Below are positions 46,171 through 55,406 of a stretch of DNA of 64,000 nucleotides, piece by piece. Each line of letters opens with the position of its first letter. The first letter of the stretch is position 1. Position numbers and translations under genes: made by a program. The notes under the pieces are model-generated. The model was not told the DNA's origin, did not search any database, and worked only from the letters and a program-made list of their open reading frames with translations. This stretch comes from an uncultured bacterium (lineage in GTDB: Bacteria > Verrucomicrobiota > Verrucomicrobiia > Limisphaerales > UBA8199): contig CAVVMW010000007.1 in the NCBI GenBank assembly GCA_963749495.1, forward strand, positions 96,001 to 160,000. The letters run 5' to 3'.

Positions 46171-46899
46171 TTAGGCAGCCCGCAGCCCGGCGGTTTCCGT
46201 CCGCCTGAAGCGCAGCGTGAGATAGAAATTGCGAATGCCCAGCTCCTCGAGCGGCAGGCGCACGACGTAATCCTGCCGCAGGCCGGCCGGGTAACTCACG
46301 CTCACCGGGTATTCGCCGGTCAAGGCGCCGCGGCCTTCACAGCGCCAGCACTCATAGGGGCCGGCGCGCCCCCGGCCCCGGCAAGTCGAGCACAGGACGC
46401 GGGTCGGCACCAGGATGCGCACCTCCCCGCCTGCCAGCGCCTGCTGGGCGGACAACGGCACGTCCACCGTCAGGCTCCGCAACTCCTCCGCCTTGGGCCG
46501 GGTGAGCAAGTCGAAGTTGCTCCACAACCGATCGAACAGTTCGTCGAATGCCGGTTGGAAGGTATCGAACGCATGCGAGAGCGAGACATCCGCGAAACTG
46601 GCGGCGGGCCCGACGGCCCTCAACGGCTCAGCCGCACCGCGCTGCACGGCACGCGCCGGGCGGCCGCGCATCGGTTCGGCGCGCGCAACGGGGCACTGTT
46701 CCGTCTGGCCGTCGTAGGCCGCGCGCCGGGCGGGGTCGCTCAGCACTGAGTAGGCCTCCTGCAATTCGAGGAACGGGGCGCTGTCCAAGCCCCAAAGGTC
46801 CGGGTGAAGTTCCAGAGCGCGCTGCTTGTAGGCGAGCTTGATTTGCTCGGGTGTCGCTTGCGGCCGGACCCGCAAGGCCAGGTAGTAGTCCTTTTTCAT
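46171..46899 (-). CDS. Compact DnaJ-like protein (J-domain + half zinc finger + truncated C-terminal domain)
   Basis: DYY..L, HPD, EAYSVLSDP.RR..YD; CSTCRGRG and CWRCEGRG. Confidence 0.88.
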   Translation of the reverse strand: MKKDYYLALRVRPQATPEQIKLAYKQRALELHPDLWGLDSAPFLELQEAYSVLSDPARRAAYDGQTEQCPVARAEPMRGRPARAVQRGAAEPLRAVGPAASFADVSLSHAFDTFQPAFDELFDRLWSNFDLLTRPKAEELRSLTVDVPLSAQQALAGGEVRILVPTRVLCSTCRGRGRAGPYECWRCEGRGALTGEYPVSVSYPAGLRQDYVVRLPLEELGIRNFYLTLRFRRTETAGLRAA

Positions 46900-47010
46900 A
46901 TGCGCTCCGATGTGCTCTGGCGCCAATCCCGCCGCCGCCTTCGCAGCAGAACCGCGTCGTCTTGCAAATTATTAGCCGTCTTGCCCTCAAAAAGCAACCG
47001 CCGGTTTATG

Positions 47011-47233
47011 CCGCAACCCCAGGGCCGTTGACAAAGTTGTAGCGCAGGTTTCCAAACCTGCCGTATCGCCGATTTCCAATCGGCAGGGCGTCGGCATATC
47101 GAGTGCCCCCGGTGTGCGGACGGCCTGCGGGTTTGGAAACCCGCGATACAGCAGGTTTGGAAACCTGCGCTACGCCAGCGCCCCGGGCGCACACGCACGC
47201 CGAGCGACTTTGTCAATGGCCCCGGCCGCAACC
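47011..47233. mobile_element. 207-bp MITE with 19-bp TIRs and an 8-bp target-site duplication, carrying a REP-like doublet
   Basis: TSD ccgcaacc at 47011-47018 and 47226-47233. TIRs ccagggccgttgacaaagt (47019-47037) and actttgtcaatggccccgg (47207-47225) match at 17 of 19 positions. Confidence 0.88.
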
Positions 47234-47304
47234 ATTGACGGGACCTTTGTCAAAACGCGGTGGAGGGACATAAGGGACTTAAGGGACGCGCAGGTGCGAC
47301 AGAG

Positions 47305-48111
47305 TCAGCCCTTGCCTGCCTCCAGGGCGCGCTCGTAGGCCCTGTTGACAAGATAGTTTGCGCCCAGGGCCTGGGCCAGGGGGTCGGCCGCGGGGGCGCA
47401 GAAGCCCAGGTGGAGGTGGCGGCGCCAGCCTTCGGCGTGTTTGAAGCGCCGGGACATGCGCCCCACCTCGAGGGACATGTCCTCCATGGCCAGGAGGCAG
47501 GAGCTCATGCCCTGGCTCAGGTCCAGCCAGCGTTGCTGGCTCTTGTGCAGTGCCAGGGCCTCGTGTTTGGTCTTGTGAACGGTTGTGGTATTGACGAAGG
47601 CGCCGGGGATGACCCGTCGGCGCAGGCCGTCGCGCAGGCCCTGGGGCATGGCGTGATAGAGGGTGAGGTCGTAATTGGCGGCGGGGCGCGAGGGGGTGGT
47701 CCTGAAATTGGCCATGCCGCGCGAGAAGGCGGCGGTGACTGCCAGGCGCGAGGTGTTGGCGTGGTCCTCCATGTAGTCCTGGGGCGAGTGCGTCAGGACG
47801 ATGCCGGGCCTGACCTCGCGAATGACCGCCGCCAGGGCGCGGAGCAGTTCGAGGCTGTAAACCACCTCGAGGTCGTCGGCGAGGCTGGGCAGGAACTGGG
47901 CGCCCAGGAGCTTGGCGGCGGCGCGGGCCTCGGTGTTGCGGATAGCGCGGGTGGCGGCGGCGTTGTATTCGCTGCCGCCGCAGTTGCCGCTGGCCACGGT
48001 CAGGTAATGGGTGGCGTAGCCGGCCTTCTTGAGCAGCAGCAGCGTTCCGGCCATCTGGAACTCGATGTCGTCGGGGTGCGCGGCGATGGCAATGGCGACT
48101 TTGTTGGTCAT
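47305..48111 (-). CDS. PIG-L/LmbE family deacetylase
   Basis: AHPDDIE, R..EA..AA..LG, VLTH..QDYMEDH, HKSQ. Confidence 0.9.
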   Translation of the reverse strand: MTNKVAIAIAAHPDDIEFQMAGTLLLLKKAGYATHYLTVASGNCGGSEYNAAATRAIRNTEARAAAKLLGAQFLPSLADDLEVVYSLELLRALAAVIREVRPGIVLTHSPQDYMEDHANTSRLAVTAAFSRGMANFRTTPSRPAANYDLTLYHAMPQGLRDGLRRRVIPGAFVNTTTVHKTKHEALALHKSQQRWLDLSQGMSSCLLAMEDMSLEVGRMSRRFKHAEGWRRHLHLGFCAPAADPLAQALGANYLVNRAYERALEAGKG

Positions 48112-48229
48112 GGTATCCGGTATTCTTTAATGGGACAAACCCATGCGACAACCTTTGGAGAAGATTGTCAAAACAAAAGCAATGGGAGTGGCGCAGCCCG
48201 AGCAGATTGAGTAGAGTCTTTGCCGGACT

Positions 48230-48760
48230 ATGAAAATTCAGGATCTGACGGTCGGCCAGCGGGTCAAGCACCCTCATTACGGTATCGGCGTGGTCAAGAG
48301 CATCTCCGAGCACCTGGCCGACATCCGGTTTGACGACGCGACGCGCTCGCTGGACCCTGACGCCAGCGAGGTGACGCCGGCGGAGCCGAGCCTGGCCGTT
48401 TCCGGCCTCGAAGGCCCCTTGCGGCCGTTCGTCGAATCCATCATCCAGGGCGTGGTCGACCGCCTGGGTATCGAGAAGCCCGACGCCGTGGTCGCACAAC
48501 TGGCCGCCCGCTGGCACAAGGGCAAGCTGGTGCTGCACCCCGCCGACCCGGCTTTGGCCACCAAGGAAGTCCCCATCGAGGTCTTCTTCCACAAGATTGT
48601 GGGCCTGCGCAACCAACTGCGGGTCCTGGAGCAGAAGATCAATGCCCATCCCACACTTACTGACGGCGAGAAGATCGAGATGGAGCAATACATCACCCGC
48701 TGTTATGGCTCGCTGACGACCTTCAACCTGCTCTTCCGAGAGAAGGAGGACCAGTTTTGA
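48230..48760 (+). CDS. Conserved hypothetical protein (N-terminal SH3/Tudor-like segment, helical C-terminus)
   Basis: VGQRVKHPHYGIGVV; KEVPIEVFFHKIV..LRVLEQKINAH..EQYITRCYGSLTTFNLLF. Host-like codon usage. Confidence 0.75.
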   Translation: MKIQDLTVGQRVKHPHYGIGVVKSISEHLADIRFDDATRSLDPDASEVTPAEPSLAVSGLEGPLRPFVESIIQGVVDRLGIEKPDAVVAQLAARWHKGKLVLHPADPALATKEVPIEVFFHKIVGLRNQLRVLEQKINAHPTLTDGEKIEMEQYITRCYGSLTTFNLLFREKEDQF

Positions 48761-48825
48761 AGGAGGGCCGGTTTTCAAGGAGGACGAGTTTTGACTGGAG
48801 ATCCGAAACCCTAAACCCGAAGAAT

Positions 48826-48892
48826 CCGATAGCCGATAGCCAATAGCCAATAGCCAATGGCCGATAGCCAATAGCCAATGGCCGATAGCCGA
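48826..48892. repeat. Degenerate (GCC[A/G]AT[A/G])n heptamer tandem repeat
   Basis: ccgatagccgatagccaatagccaatagccaatggccgatagcc... Confidence 0.85.
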
Positions 48893-48911
48893 AATCGGAA
48901 ACCCGTCCAGA

Positions 48912-49697
48912 ATGGAAGTCATTATCCAGCCCAATGGCGAGACCGCCGCCGACCTGGTGGCGCGGATAATCGCCCGCGAATTGCGCGCCAACCCGCACCT
49001 GGTGCTGGGCCTGGCCACCGGCAAGACGATGGAACTGGTTTACCGCCACCTGGTCCGCGCGCACCACGAGCAGAATCTCGACTTCTCGCTGTGCAGCACC
49101 TTCAACCTCGATGAATATGTCGGGTTGTTGCCCAGCGACCCCAACTCCTACCGCCACTACATGGATCATCACCTGTTCCGCCACGTGAATATCGACCCGC
49201 GGAACACACACCTGCCCAACGGCATGGCGGCGGACCTGGACGAGGAATGCCGCCGCTACGAGGCGAGCATCAAGCGGTTTGGGGGCATCGACCTGCAACT
49301 GCTGGGCATCGGCAAGGCCGGGCACATCGGCTTCAACGAGCCGCTCTCGGCCTTGCGCTCCCGCACGCGCGTCAAGGCCCTGACCGCCGCCACGCTGAGG
49401 CAAAACGCCCCCTTCTTCGGGGGCGAAGACAAGATGCCCCGCCGCGCCATCACCATGGGCGTGGGGACGATCATCGAGGCGCGCCGGTGCCTGCTCCTGG
49501 CCACCGGCGACCTCAAGGCCCCCGTCCTGGCCCAGGCCGTCGAGGGCCCTATCACCAGCATGGTCTCCGCCTCCGCCCTCCAACTCCACCCCCACTGCAC
49601 CGTGGTGGTCGACGAAGCCGCCGCCGGCAGGCTCGCCGGCAAGGACTACTACCGTTGGATCTTCGACAACGAGCCCGAATGGGAGGAATACAGGTAG
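48912..49697 (+). CDS. nagB: Glucosamine-6-phosphate deaminase
   Basis: LGLATG, TFNLDEYVG, GGIDLQLLGIG..GHIGFNEP, AITMGVGTI, ASALQLH. Confidence 0.96.
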   Translation: MEVIIQPNGETAADLVARIIARELRANPHLVLGLATGKTMELVYRHLVRAHHEQNLDFSLCSTFNLDEYVGLLPSDPNSYRHYMDHHLFRHVNIDPRNTHLPNGMAADLDEECRRYEASIKRFGGIDLQLLGIGKAGHIGFNEPLSALRSRTRVKALTAATLRQNAPFFGGEDKMPRRAITMGVGTIIEARRCLLLATGDLKAPVLAQAVEGPITSMVSASALQLHPHCTVVVDEAAAGRLAGKDYYRWIFDNEPEWEEYR

Positions 49698-49814
49698 GCA
49701 GCCCAGCGGAGCTGGGGCACGAAGCCAGGCCGCAAAATCTGAAATCCGAAGCAGGTCGGACGCGTCAGACAAGTCCGACGGGTCCGACCCGGGCCACGGT
49801 GACGCAGAAAGCAC

Positions 49815-50222
49815 TCACGCCGCCGGCTGGGGATTGAGCCGGACCATGAGGGGGATGCTGACCAGGGATTGGCTGTCGAACGTGACGTCGATCGAATAGA
49901 GCCCGGGGTTGGCGAATTTCAACTGCTGGATGTTCACGATGAAGTTGCGAGTGCCGAAGTGGAGGTCATCGGGCAGCGCCACCTCCACCGGGATGGGCGG
50001 CAGCCCGGACATGATCGAACGCCCGTCGGCATCGACAAAGTTGATGCGAAGCTGGTGCTTGCCTTCGTCGCCGCCAAAGAAGGTCACTCGCAAGGCGATC
50101 GAGCACTGGGGATGCACGGCGGGCAACTGCCGCGTGTAGATAGTGTCGAACGCGCCGAGCAGGTTCAGCTTGCCGTTGTCGTCGGTGGCCGCGTCGCACA
50201 GGACCGCAACTTGGATGTTCAT
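49815..50222 (-). CDS. DUF6941-like beta-sandwich protein
   Basis: LCDAA...GKLNLLGAFD..P..HP, F..PG.Y.IDV. Confidence 0.75.
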   Translation of the reverse strand: MNIQVAVLCDAATDDNGKLNLLGAFDTIYTRQLPAVHPQCSIALRVTFFGGDEGKHQLRINFVDADGRSIMSGLPPIPVEVALPDDLHFGTRNFIVNIQQLKFANPGLYSIDVTFDSQSLVSIPLMVRLNPQPAA

Positions 50223-50304
50223 CGCAATTCCGTCAACCTCGGTGCGGCCGGGTGCCGCAACCGGCCCAAGGCTTAAACCCCTTGCCCGAGCCAGACAAGC
50301 GCAT

Positions 50305-50471
50305 TTAGGAGGCCATTCACAATAACATGGACAACGGGCGCGCCGGGATTTTGACCGCTGGCGAGGCGCGAGCCAGGAGCATACCCGCAGCGGTCTGTAA
50401 CGAGCGAGCAACGAAGCCAGCGGTCAAAAGACCAAGCGAACGTGTTCATGTTATTGTGAATGGCCTCCTTA
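50305..50471. mobile_element. 161-bp IS5-like MITE with perfect 22-bp TIRs and a TTA duplication
   Basis: tta|ggaggccattcacaataacatg (50305-50329) ... catgttattgtgaatggcctcc|tta (50447-50471). Internal stem ttttgaccgctggc / gccagcggtcaaaa. Confidence 0.92.
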
Positions 50472-51440
50472 GTTGCCCTGCCAGCGCCGGCCAGGCTGGC
50501 GGGTGCGGCCTTGGGCCTCCTGGATGAGGGGCGGCGCCGTGTCGGGCACGGCGGCGGGTTGGTAGCCGATCCGCCCGTCGGTGTTGGGCAGGTCGCCGAC
50601 CAGGTCCTTGAACTCGTCCAACTCCGAGAGCCACTTGTTGGTCTGGTCCAGGTGCTCCACCGTGGCGTCGATGCGGGCGGTGAGGTTCTCGGCGTTCTTG
50701 GTGGCGATGGCGTCGGCGCGGATGAGCTTGATTTGCTGGTCCAGGCGGTCTTCCTCGGAGACGACCAGTTCGAGGTTGGCGCGTGCCTGTTCGGTTCGCT
50801 GGAGGCGTTTGCGGAGGACCTCCAGGCGTTCGAGGCGGGAGCCCAGGTAGCGTTGGCGGGTCTCCAGGAGCGGCGAGGGGCCCTGGGCCTTGAGCGCCTC
50901 GATGTCGGCGTTGAGGCGGGCGGCCTCGGCCTCGGCTTGCTTGACGAGGTCGGGGAGCTTTTCCCGGCTTTCGGTCTCCAGGAATCTGCCGAGCGATTCT
51001 TCGATGCTGAGCAGGCGCAGGCAGGTCCACATCAACTCGTCGAGCTTGCGCAGGCGCGGGTCGGGGAGGGCCTCGCCCGAGGGCGGCGGGCTGTCGGCGC
51101 CGGCGGTCTCGATGTCCCCGCACACCTGGGCCAGGCGCGCGTAGCGTTCCCGGTTTGGCGGGCAAAGCGAGCGCACCAGGGCATCGCGGCGCTGGACGAA
51201 CTCGGCGACCTTTTGGGCCTCGGCCGCGCGCCGGGCCGCCTCGTGGCGGCGGTCAACCCAGCCGCGGAACCAGCGCAGGTCCGGCAGGTAAATCCACCCC
51301 AGGGCATAAGCGGTCACCCCGGCGATGAGCCCCAGCACCTGCGCGCTCAGGAAACCCAGCCCCAGCGTCACCAGCCCCAGCGCCGCATGGTGCGGGCTTC
51401 TCAGAAATTCGCCGCGATAATTTGGCGCTTGGTCGTCCAT
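50469..51440 (-). CDS. Membrane-anchored coiled-coil protein (two N-terminal TM helices)
   Basis: Hydrophobic hairpin ALGLVTLGLGFLSAQVLGLIAGVTAYALGWIYL followed by a long heptad-rich helical region. Last gene of the PspA-like/ABC operon. Confidence 0.75.
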   Translation of the reverse strand: MDDQAPNYRGEFLRSPHHAALGLVTLGLGFLSAQVLGLIAGVTAYALGWIYLPDLRWFRGWVDRRHEAARRAAEAQKVAEFVQRRDALVRSLCPPNRERYARLAQVCGDIETAGADSPPPSGEALPDPRLRKLDELMWTCLRLLSIEESLGRFLETESREKLPDLVKQAEAEAARLNADIEALKAQGPSPLLETRQRYLGSRLERLEVLRKRLQRTEQARANLELVVSEEDRLDQQIKLIRADAIATKNAENLTARIDATVEHLDQTNKWLSELDEFKDLVGDLPNTDGRIGYQPAAVPDTAPPLIQEAQGRTRQPGRRWQGN

Positions 51441-51661
51441 GCGCGATTCTTGGCCCATTCTAAACGAAAGCCGGCCGGCGGGACAGGGAAAAAGGGAAAG
51501 GGACAAAAGGGACCTAAGGGACGCAAGGGACGAAAGCGACGGCGACCGGCCAGCCGCGGGCGAGAGGAAGGCCCATTTTCACGTCTTCTTGGTTTTCTTC
51601 GTTTTCTTCGTTTCCTTCTGTTCCCATGGTGTTTTTCTCGGTCTCCTTCGTTTTCTTTTGT

Positions 51662-52540
51662 TCACACCTTGACCCCCGGCGGGGCCGGGGACTCTTCCTC
51701 CAGCCGGCGGAGCAGGGTCTGGCAAAACTCGATGAACCACGGTTTGCGGCGGAATTGCTCCGGCGGCTCCGAGGGCCGAGGGACCTTGAGGATCTCGACG
51801 AGCCGGCCCGGATTGGCGGCCATGAGATAGACCCGGTCGCCCAAATAGACTGCCTCCTCGACGGAGTGAGTGACCAGGAAGACGGTCTCCTCCTGCTGGC
51901 TCCAGAGGTGGATGAGCAGTTCCTGCATGCGCAGCCGGATGCCCGGGTCCAGCGCCCCGAACGGCTCGTCCATGAGGAGGATGCGCGGCTGCAGGATGAG
52001 CGTGGCCGCGATCGCCACCCGCTGCTGCATCCCGCCTGAGAGCGCCGAGGGGAACTTTGTCTCGAAGCCCTCCAGGCCCACCTTTTTCACCCATTCCTGC
52101 GCCCGGTCCCGGCGCTCGGAGCGGGCGACGCCCCGGAGCTTCAAACCGAAGGCGATATTCTCGACGACACTCAAGTGCGGCAGCAGCGAGTATCTCTGGT
52201 CCACCAGCCCGCGGTCCGGACCCGGCTCCAGGATCGGCTTGCCGAAGACGCTCACATGCCCGCAAGTGGGCGGGAAGTGGGGCTTGAGGCCGGCGATGAT
52301 CCGCAGCAGCGTCAACTTGCCGCACCCGGAAGGGCCGACAATCGTCACCAATTCGCCGATGTCCGGCGCGTCTTCCACCACGAAGGAAACATCTTTGATG
52401 GCGGTCCTGGCCTCCGGGCCTTGGCCAAAGGTCTTGGTCACATTCTTGAAGACCACCACATCGGGAGGAGGGGGCGCGGCCGGTTTCGCGGCCTGGGTTT
52501 GGGCCGGAGCGGCGGTGGGAGTGTCCGTGGGGCGATCCAT
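51662..52540 (-). CDS. NitT/TauT (SsuB/TauB-like) ABC transporter ATP-binding protein
   Basis: GPSGCGKLT (Walker A with S replaced by L), LSGGMQQRVAIA, LLMDEPFGALD, LVTHS. Confidence 0.92.
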   Translation of the reverse strand: MDRPTDTPTAAPAQTQAAKPAAPPPPDVVVFKNVTKTFGQGPEARTAIKDVSFVVEDAPDIGELVTIVGPSGCGKLTLLRIIAGLKPHFPPTCGHVSVFGKPILEPGPDRGLVDQRYSLLPHLSVVENIAFGLKLRGVARSERRDRAQEWVKKVGLEGFETKFPSALSGGMQQRVAIAATLILQPRILLMDEPFGALDPGIRLRMQELLIHLWSQQEETVFLVTHSVEEAVYLGDRVYLMAANPGRLVEILKVPRPSEPPEQFRRKPWFIEFCQTLLRRLEEESPAPPGVKV

Positions 52541-52543
52541 GGC

Positions 52544-53413
52544 TCAATCATCCTTCCTGTATGGGAAAAGCAGCTCGCCGCCGATGCGCCAGAGTTGGTC
52601 GCAGGCCACCGCGATGAGGACGATGACGAGGATGACGGCATAAATGGCCTCCGTCTGGCTTCGCCGTTCCGAGGCCTCGATCAGGCCGCCCAGGCCGTAT
52701 TCAGGCCGGACAACCACCTCGGCCATGATGATCCATCCCCATCCGACGCCATAGACCCCGCGCAGGTGGTCCCAGATATTGGCCTGGGCCACCGGAAACA
52801 CCACATGGCGCACCAACTGCCATTGCGACGCCCCTTTGGTCACAGCCACGTCCAAAAACGCGCTCGGCACATCCGCAATGTCCTTGATCACCAGCGGCAG
52901 CAGCGCCACGAAACAGCCGATGAACAGGAACCCGATCTTCTGCGCCTCGCCGGTGCCGAACCACATCATGCTCAGCGGGATCAACACCACAATCGGCACA
53001 TAAGCCCCCGCCAGCGAGAGCGGACGGAAGAAGGCGGCTATCGGGGGGAAGGTCGCCATATAGACTCCCAGCGGCAGCGCTACCAGGGCGGCCAGGCCAA
53101 AGCCGGCCGTCACCCGCAGCCAGGAATAGAGTGCGCTGCGCACCAGCCCCTGCTCGAGATGGAGCGGCACAAATGACTTGAGGACCTCCAACGGGCTGGG
53201 CAGGATCAACGCCTGGACCAGGCGCTGGGCCGACTCGCCCCGCGTCACCAGCCACCACACGCCCAGCACCACTGCAACGAACAACGCTGTCAAACCCAGG
53301 GCCCTCGAGGAGGGCAAGGCCCCGTGTACCCGAAGCCGCGCCAGCCGCACCACCAGCGTCAGCAACCCGACAAACACCACCGCGGCAATCAGGAACCGGC
53401 CAAATTCGTGCAT
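52544..53413 (-). CDS. NitT/TauT (SsuC/TauC-like) ABC permease
   Basis: LPSP..V, WFGTGE..KI, A.TKGASQWQLVRHVVFP, GWGWIIMAE. Confidence 0.92.
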   Translation of the reverse strand: MHEFGRFLIAAVVFVGLLTLVVRLARLRVHGALPSSRALGLTALFVAVVLGVWWLVTRGESAQRLVQALILPSPLEVLKSFVPLHLEQGLVRSALYSWLRVTAGFGLAALVALPLGVYMATFPPIAAFFRPLSLAGAYVPIVVLIPLSMMWFGTGEAQKIGFLFIGCFVALLPLVIKDIADVPSAFLDVAVTKGASQWQLVRHVVFPVAQANIWDHLRGVYGVGWGWIIMAEVVVRPEYGLGGLIEASERRSQTEAIYAVILVIVLIAVACDQLWRIGGELLFPYRKDD

Positions 53414-53498
53414 GGGCGTTCAGGTGTGGAGGCACTCGCCTGGAGTCAGGTGGCTGCAAGCAGGTGTCGGGGGCCTGCTTTGGTTCGCTCGCCCTCTT

Positions 53499-53646
53499 CC
53501 CCTCACCCCTGCCCTCTCCCCATCGGATGGGGAGAGGGGGAAGCGAGGGTTGACTCTCACAAGCTCCGGCGCGCTCGGATTCGTCAACCGACGTACGCCG
53601 GTCCACCCTCTCCCCATCGGATGGGGAGAGGGCCGGGGTGAGGGGT
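53499..53646. repeat. REP-like inverted doublet CCCTCACCCC.GCCCTCTCCCCATCGGATGGGGAGAGGG
   Basis: Inverted copies at 53499-53540 and 53606-53646. A sister doublet lies at 61746-61891. Confidence 0.9.
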
Positions 53647-53663
53647 TCGCCGGCATGGGAACA

Positions 53664-55403
53664 CTAGGCCCCCGCCTCCAGCGGGAAGACCTTCACTTCC
53701 ACGCGGCGGTTTTTTTTGTTGTGTTCGAAGTTGCTGGGGTCGGTGGCGCCGGGCACGGGGTTGTCCCAGCCGTTGCCGACGACCTTGAACTTGTTGGGGT
53801 CGAACTTGTATTTTTCCATGATCGCCTTGCGGACGGCATCGGCGCGGTCGTAGGAGAGGGCGCGGACGAGGTCGGTGGGGACGATCCCCTTTTTGCTGGC
53901 ATCGGTATTGCCCTCGATGACGATGTAGGCATTGCCGAATCTGCCGGCCAATTTGCCGATCTCCTCGAGGGTGGCCGGGATGGTGGGGTCGTAGGCGGGG
54001 TCCAGGACGGCCTTGTTGGGCTCGAAGGAGATCATGACGGCCTTGGTGAGGACCTGGCCGGCGCCGGCCTCGGGGCTGAGCTTGGCCAGGGCATCGGGCC
54101 GGAAGGTGGGTTGCGAGAGGTCGCGCACGTCCTTGTAGGCCTCGGACAAGGCGGCCAGCACGTTATGGGCCTTGACCTTGGAGGCGGGGACGGTGGAGTT
54201 GACGGTGCCCAGGGACTTGTAGATGACCGAGGCGCTGTTCCACACGACCTCGAAGTTGGCCGGGTTGAACGGGTCGAGGAAGAACTTGGCGTTCTCGCGG
54301 TAGTTGGTCAGGTGGGCGTCGCCTTCGGTGATGCCGCCATCTTTGCCGATCATATTCACGCAATCGGCCTCCTTGAGCTGAAAGGCCTTGGCCAGGGCGG
54401 CGGCGGCGGTCTTGGGATCTTTGCGGACCATGTCCATCCCCTCGAAGATGCCCTGGGCCAGGCCGGAGACGATCTGGGGATTCTCGTGGAAGAAATCATT
54501 GCGCACCGCCCACACGTCGGCGATCAGATGGTTGGCCGTGCCGGTCGTCACCACCAGGCGCGTGTTCTTGTCGTGTTCGGTGATGTTGTAGATGTCGGGC
54601 GACCATCCGACAAAGGCATCGTAGCTGGGGTCGCTCACGAAAATCTTGGCCGCCGAGGGCGCATCGGCCGCCCACTTGAACTCGACCTCGCCGGGGTCAA
54701 TGCCCGCATCGATGAGCAGCGACATGATGAGGTAATGGCTGGGCGAGTTTTGCGCCAGCACCACCTTCTTGTGACGGGCGCCGCCCGACCGGAAATCGTT
54801 GATATTGCGGATCTCGCCGCGCGCCACCACGCCGTCGCCGCCCGCCGACCAATCGATCTGCTGGCAGACGACCGGCACCGTGCGCGAGTCCTTCACCAGC
54901 TCCGGCGCGAACAGCGCGATCATATCCAGCGTCCCCCACAGGATATGGCTCTTGCCGCTGGCAAAGAGGTCGCGCGCCTTGACCGGGTCATCCACCACCG
55001 CCAACCGGACGTAGAAGCCGTACTTTCTGAAAAACACGCTCTGGTCGCTGGGTTCCATGCCGGCGTTGGCCACAATGATCGGCGCCCAGCCCGGCCAGAC
55101 GTTGATCGGGAACTGGACGATGAGCTTGCCGTCCTTGGTCTCCTTGGTGTAAGCGCCCACACCGGAGACCGCCGGGATGCCCGACCGTTCCACCAGGGTC
55201 GCCGCGTTGGTCCCGATCAGCAGCGGTATGCTGTCCGGGCTCACCCGAGTCGCCGCGTCCCTGGCCTTTTTGACGTCGTCCACGTTGATGGACATGGATT
55301 GGGTCCTGACCTGCGGGGCGATCTTGTCCCACCAGCGCAAGACGCCGAACCCGACGATCCCCAAGAGCAGGATCGTCAAAATGATTTTGCCTCGTGTAGT
55401 CAT
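53664..55403 (-). CDS. Membrane-anchored NMT1/SsuA-like substrate-binding protein fused to a C-terminal OmpA-like peptidoglycan-binding domain
   Basis: N-terminal TM anchor; WPGWAP and DWSAGGDGVVA SBP motifs; ISFEPNK..IEGNTD..LSYDRADAV..GNGWDNP..NRRVEV OmpA_C motifs. Confidence 0.9.
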   Translation of the reverse strand: MTTRGKIILTILLLGIVGFGVLRWWDKIAPQVRTQSMSINVDDVKKARDAATRVSPDSIPLLIGTNAATLVERSGIPAVSGVGAYTKETKDGKLIVQFPINVWPGWAPIIVANAGMEPSDQSVFFRKYGFYVRLAVVDDPVKARDLFASGKSHILWGTLDMIALFAPELVKDSRTVPVVCQQIDWSAGGDGVVARGEIRNINDFRSGGARHKKVVLAQNSPSHYLIMSLLIDAGIDPGEVEFKWAADAPSAAKIFVSDPSYDAFVGWSPDIYNITEHDKNTRLVVTTGTANHLIADVWAVRNDFFHENPQIVSGLAQGIFEGMDMVRKDPKTAAAALAKAFQLKEADCVNMIGKDGGITEGDAHLTNYRENAKFFLDPFNPANFEVVWNSASVIYKSLGTVNSTVPASKVKAHNVLAALSEAYKDVRDLSQPTFRPDALAKLSPEAGAGQVLTKAVMISFEPNKAVLDPAYDPTIPATLEEIGKLAGRFGNAYIVIEGNTDASKKGIVPTDLVRALSYDRADAVRKAIMEKYKFDPNKFKVVGNGWDNPVPGATDPSNFEHNKKNRRVEVKVFPLEAGA

Positions 55404-55406
55404 AGT

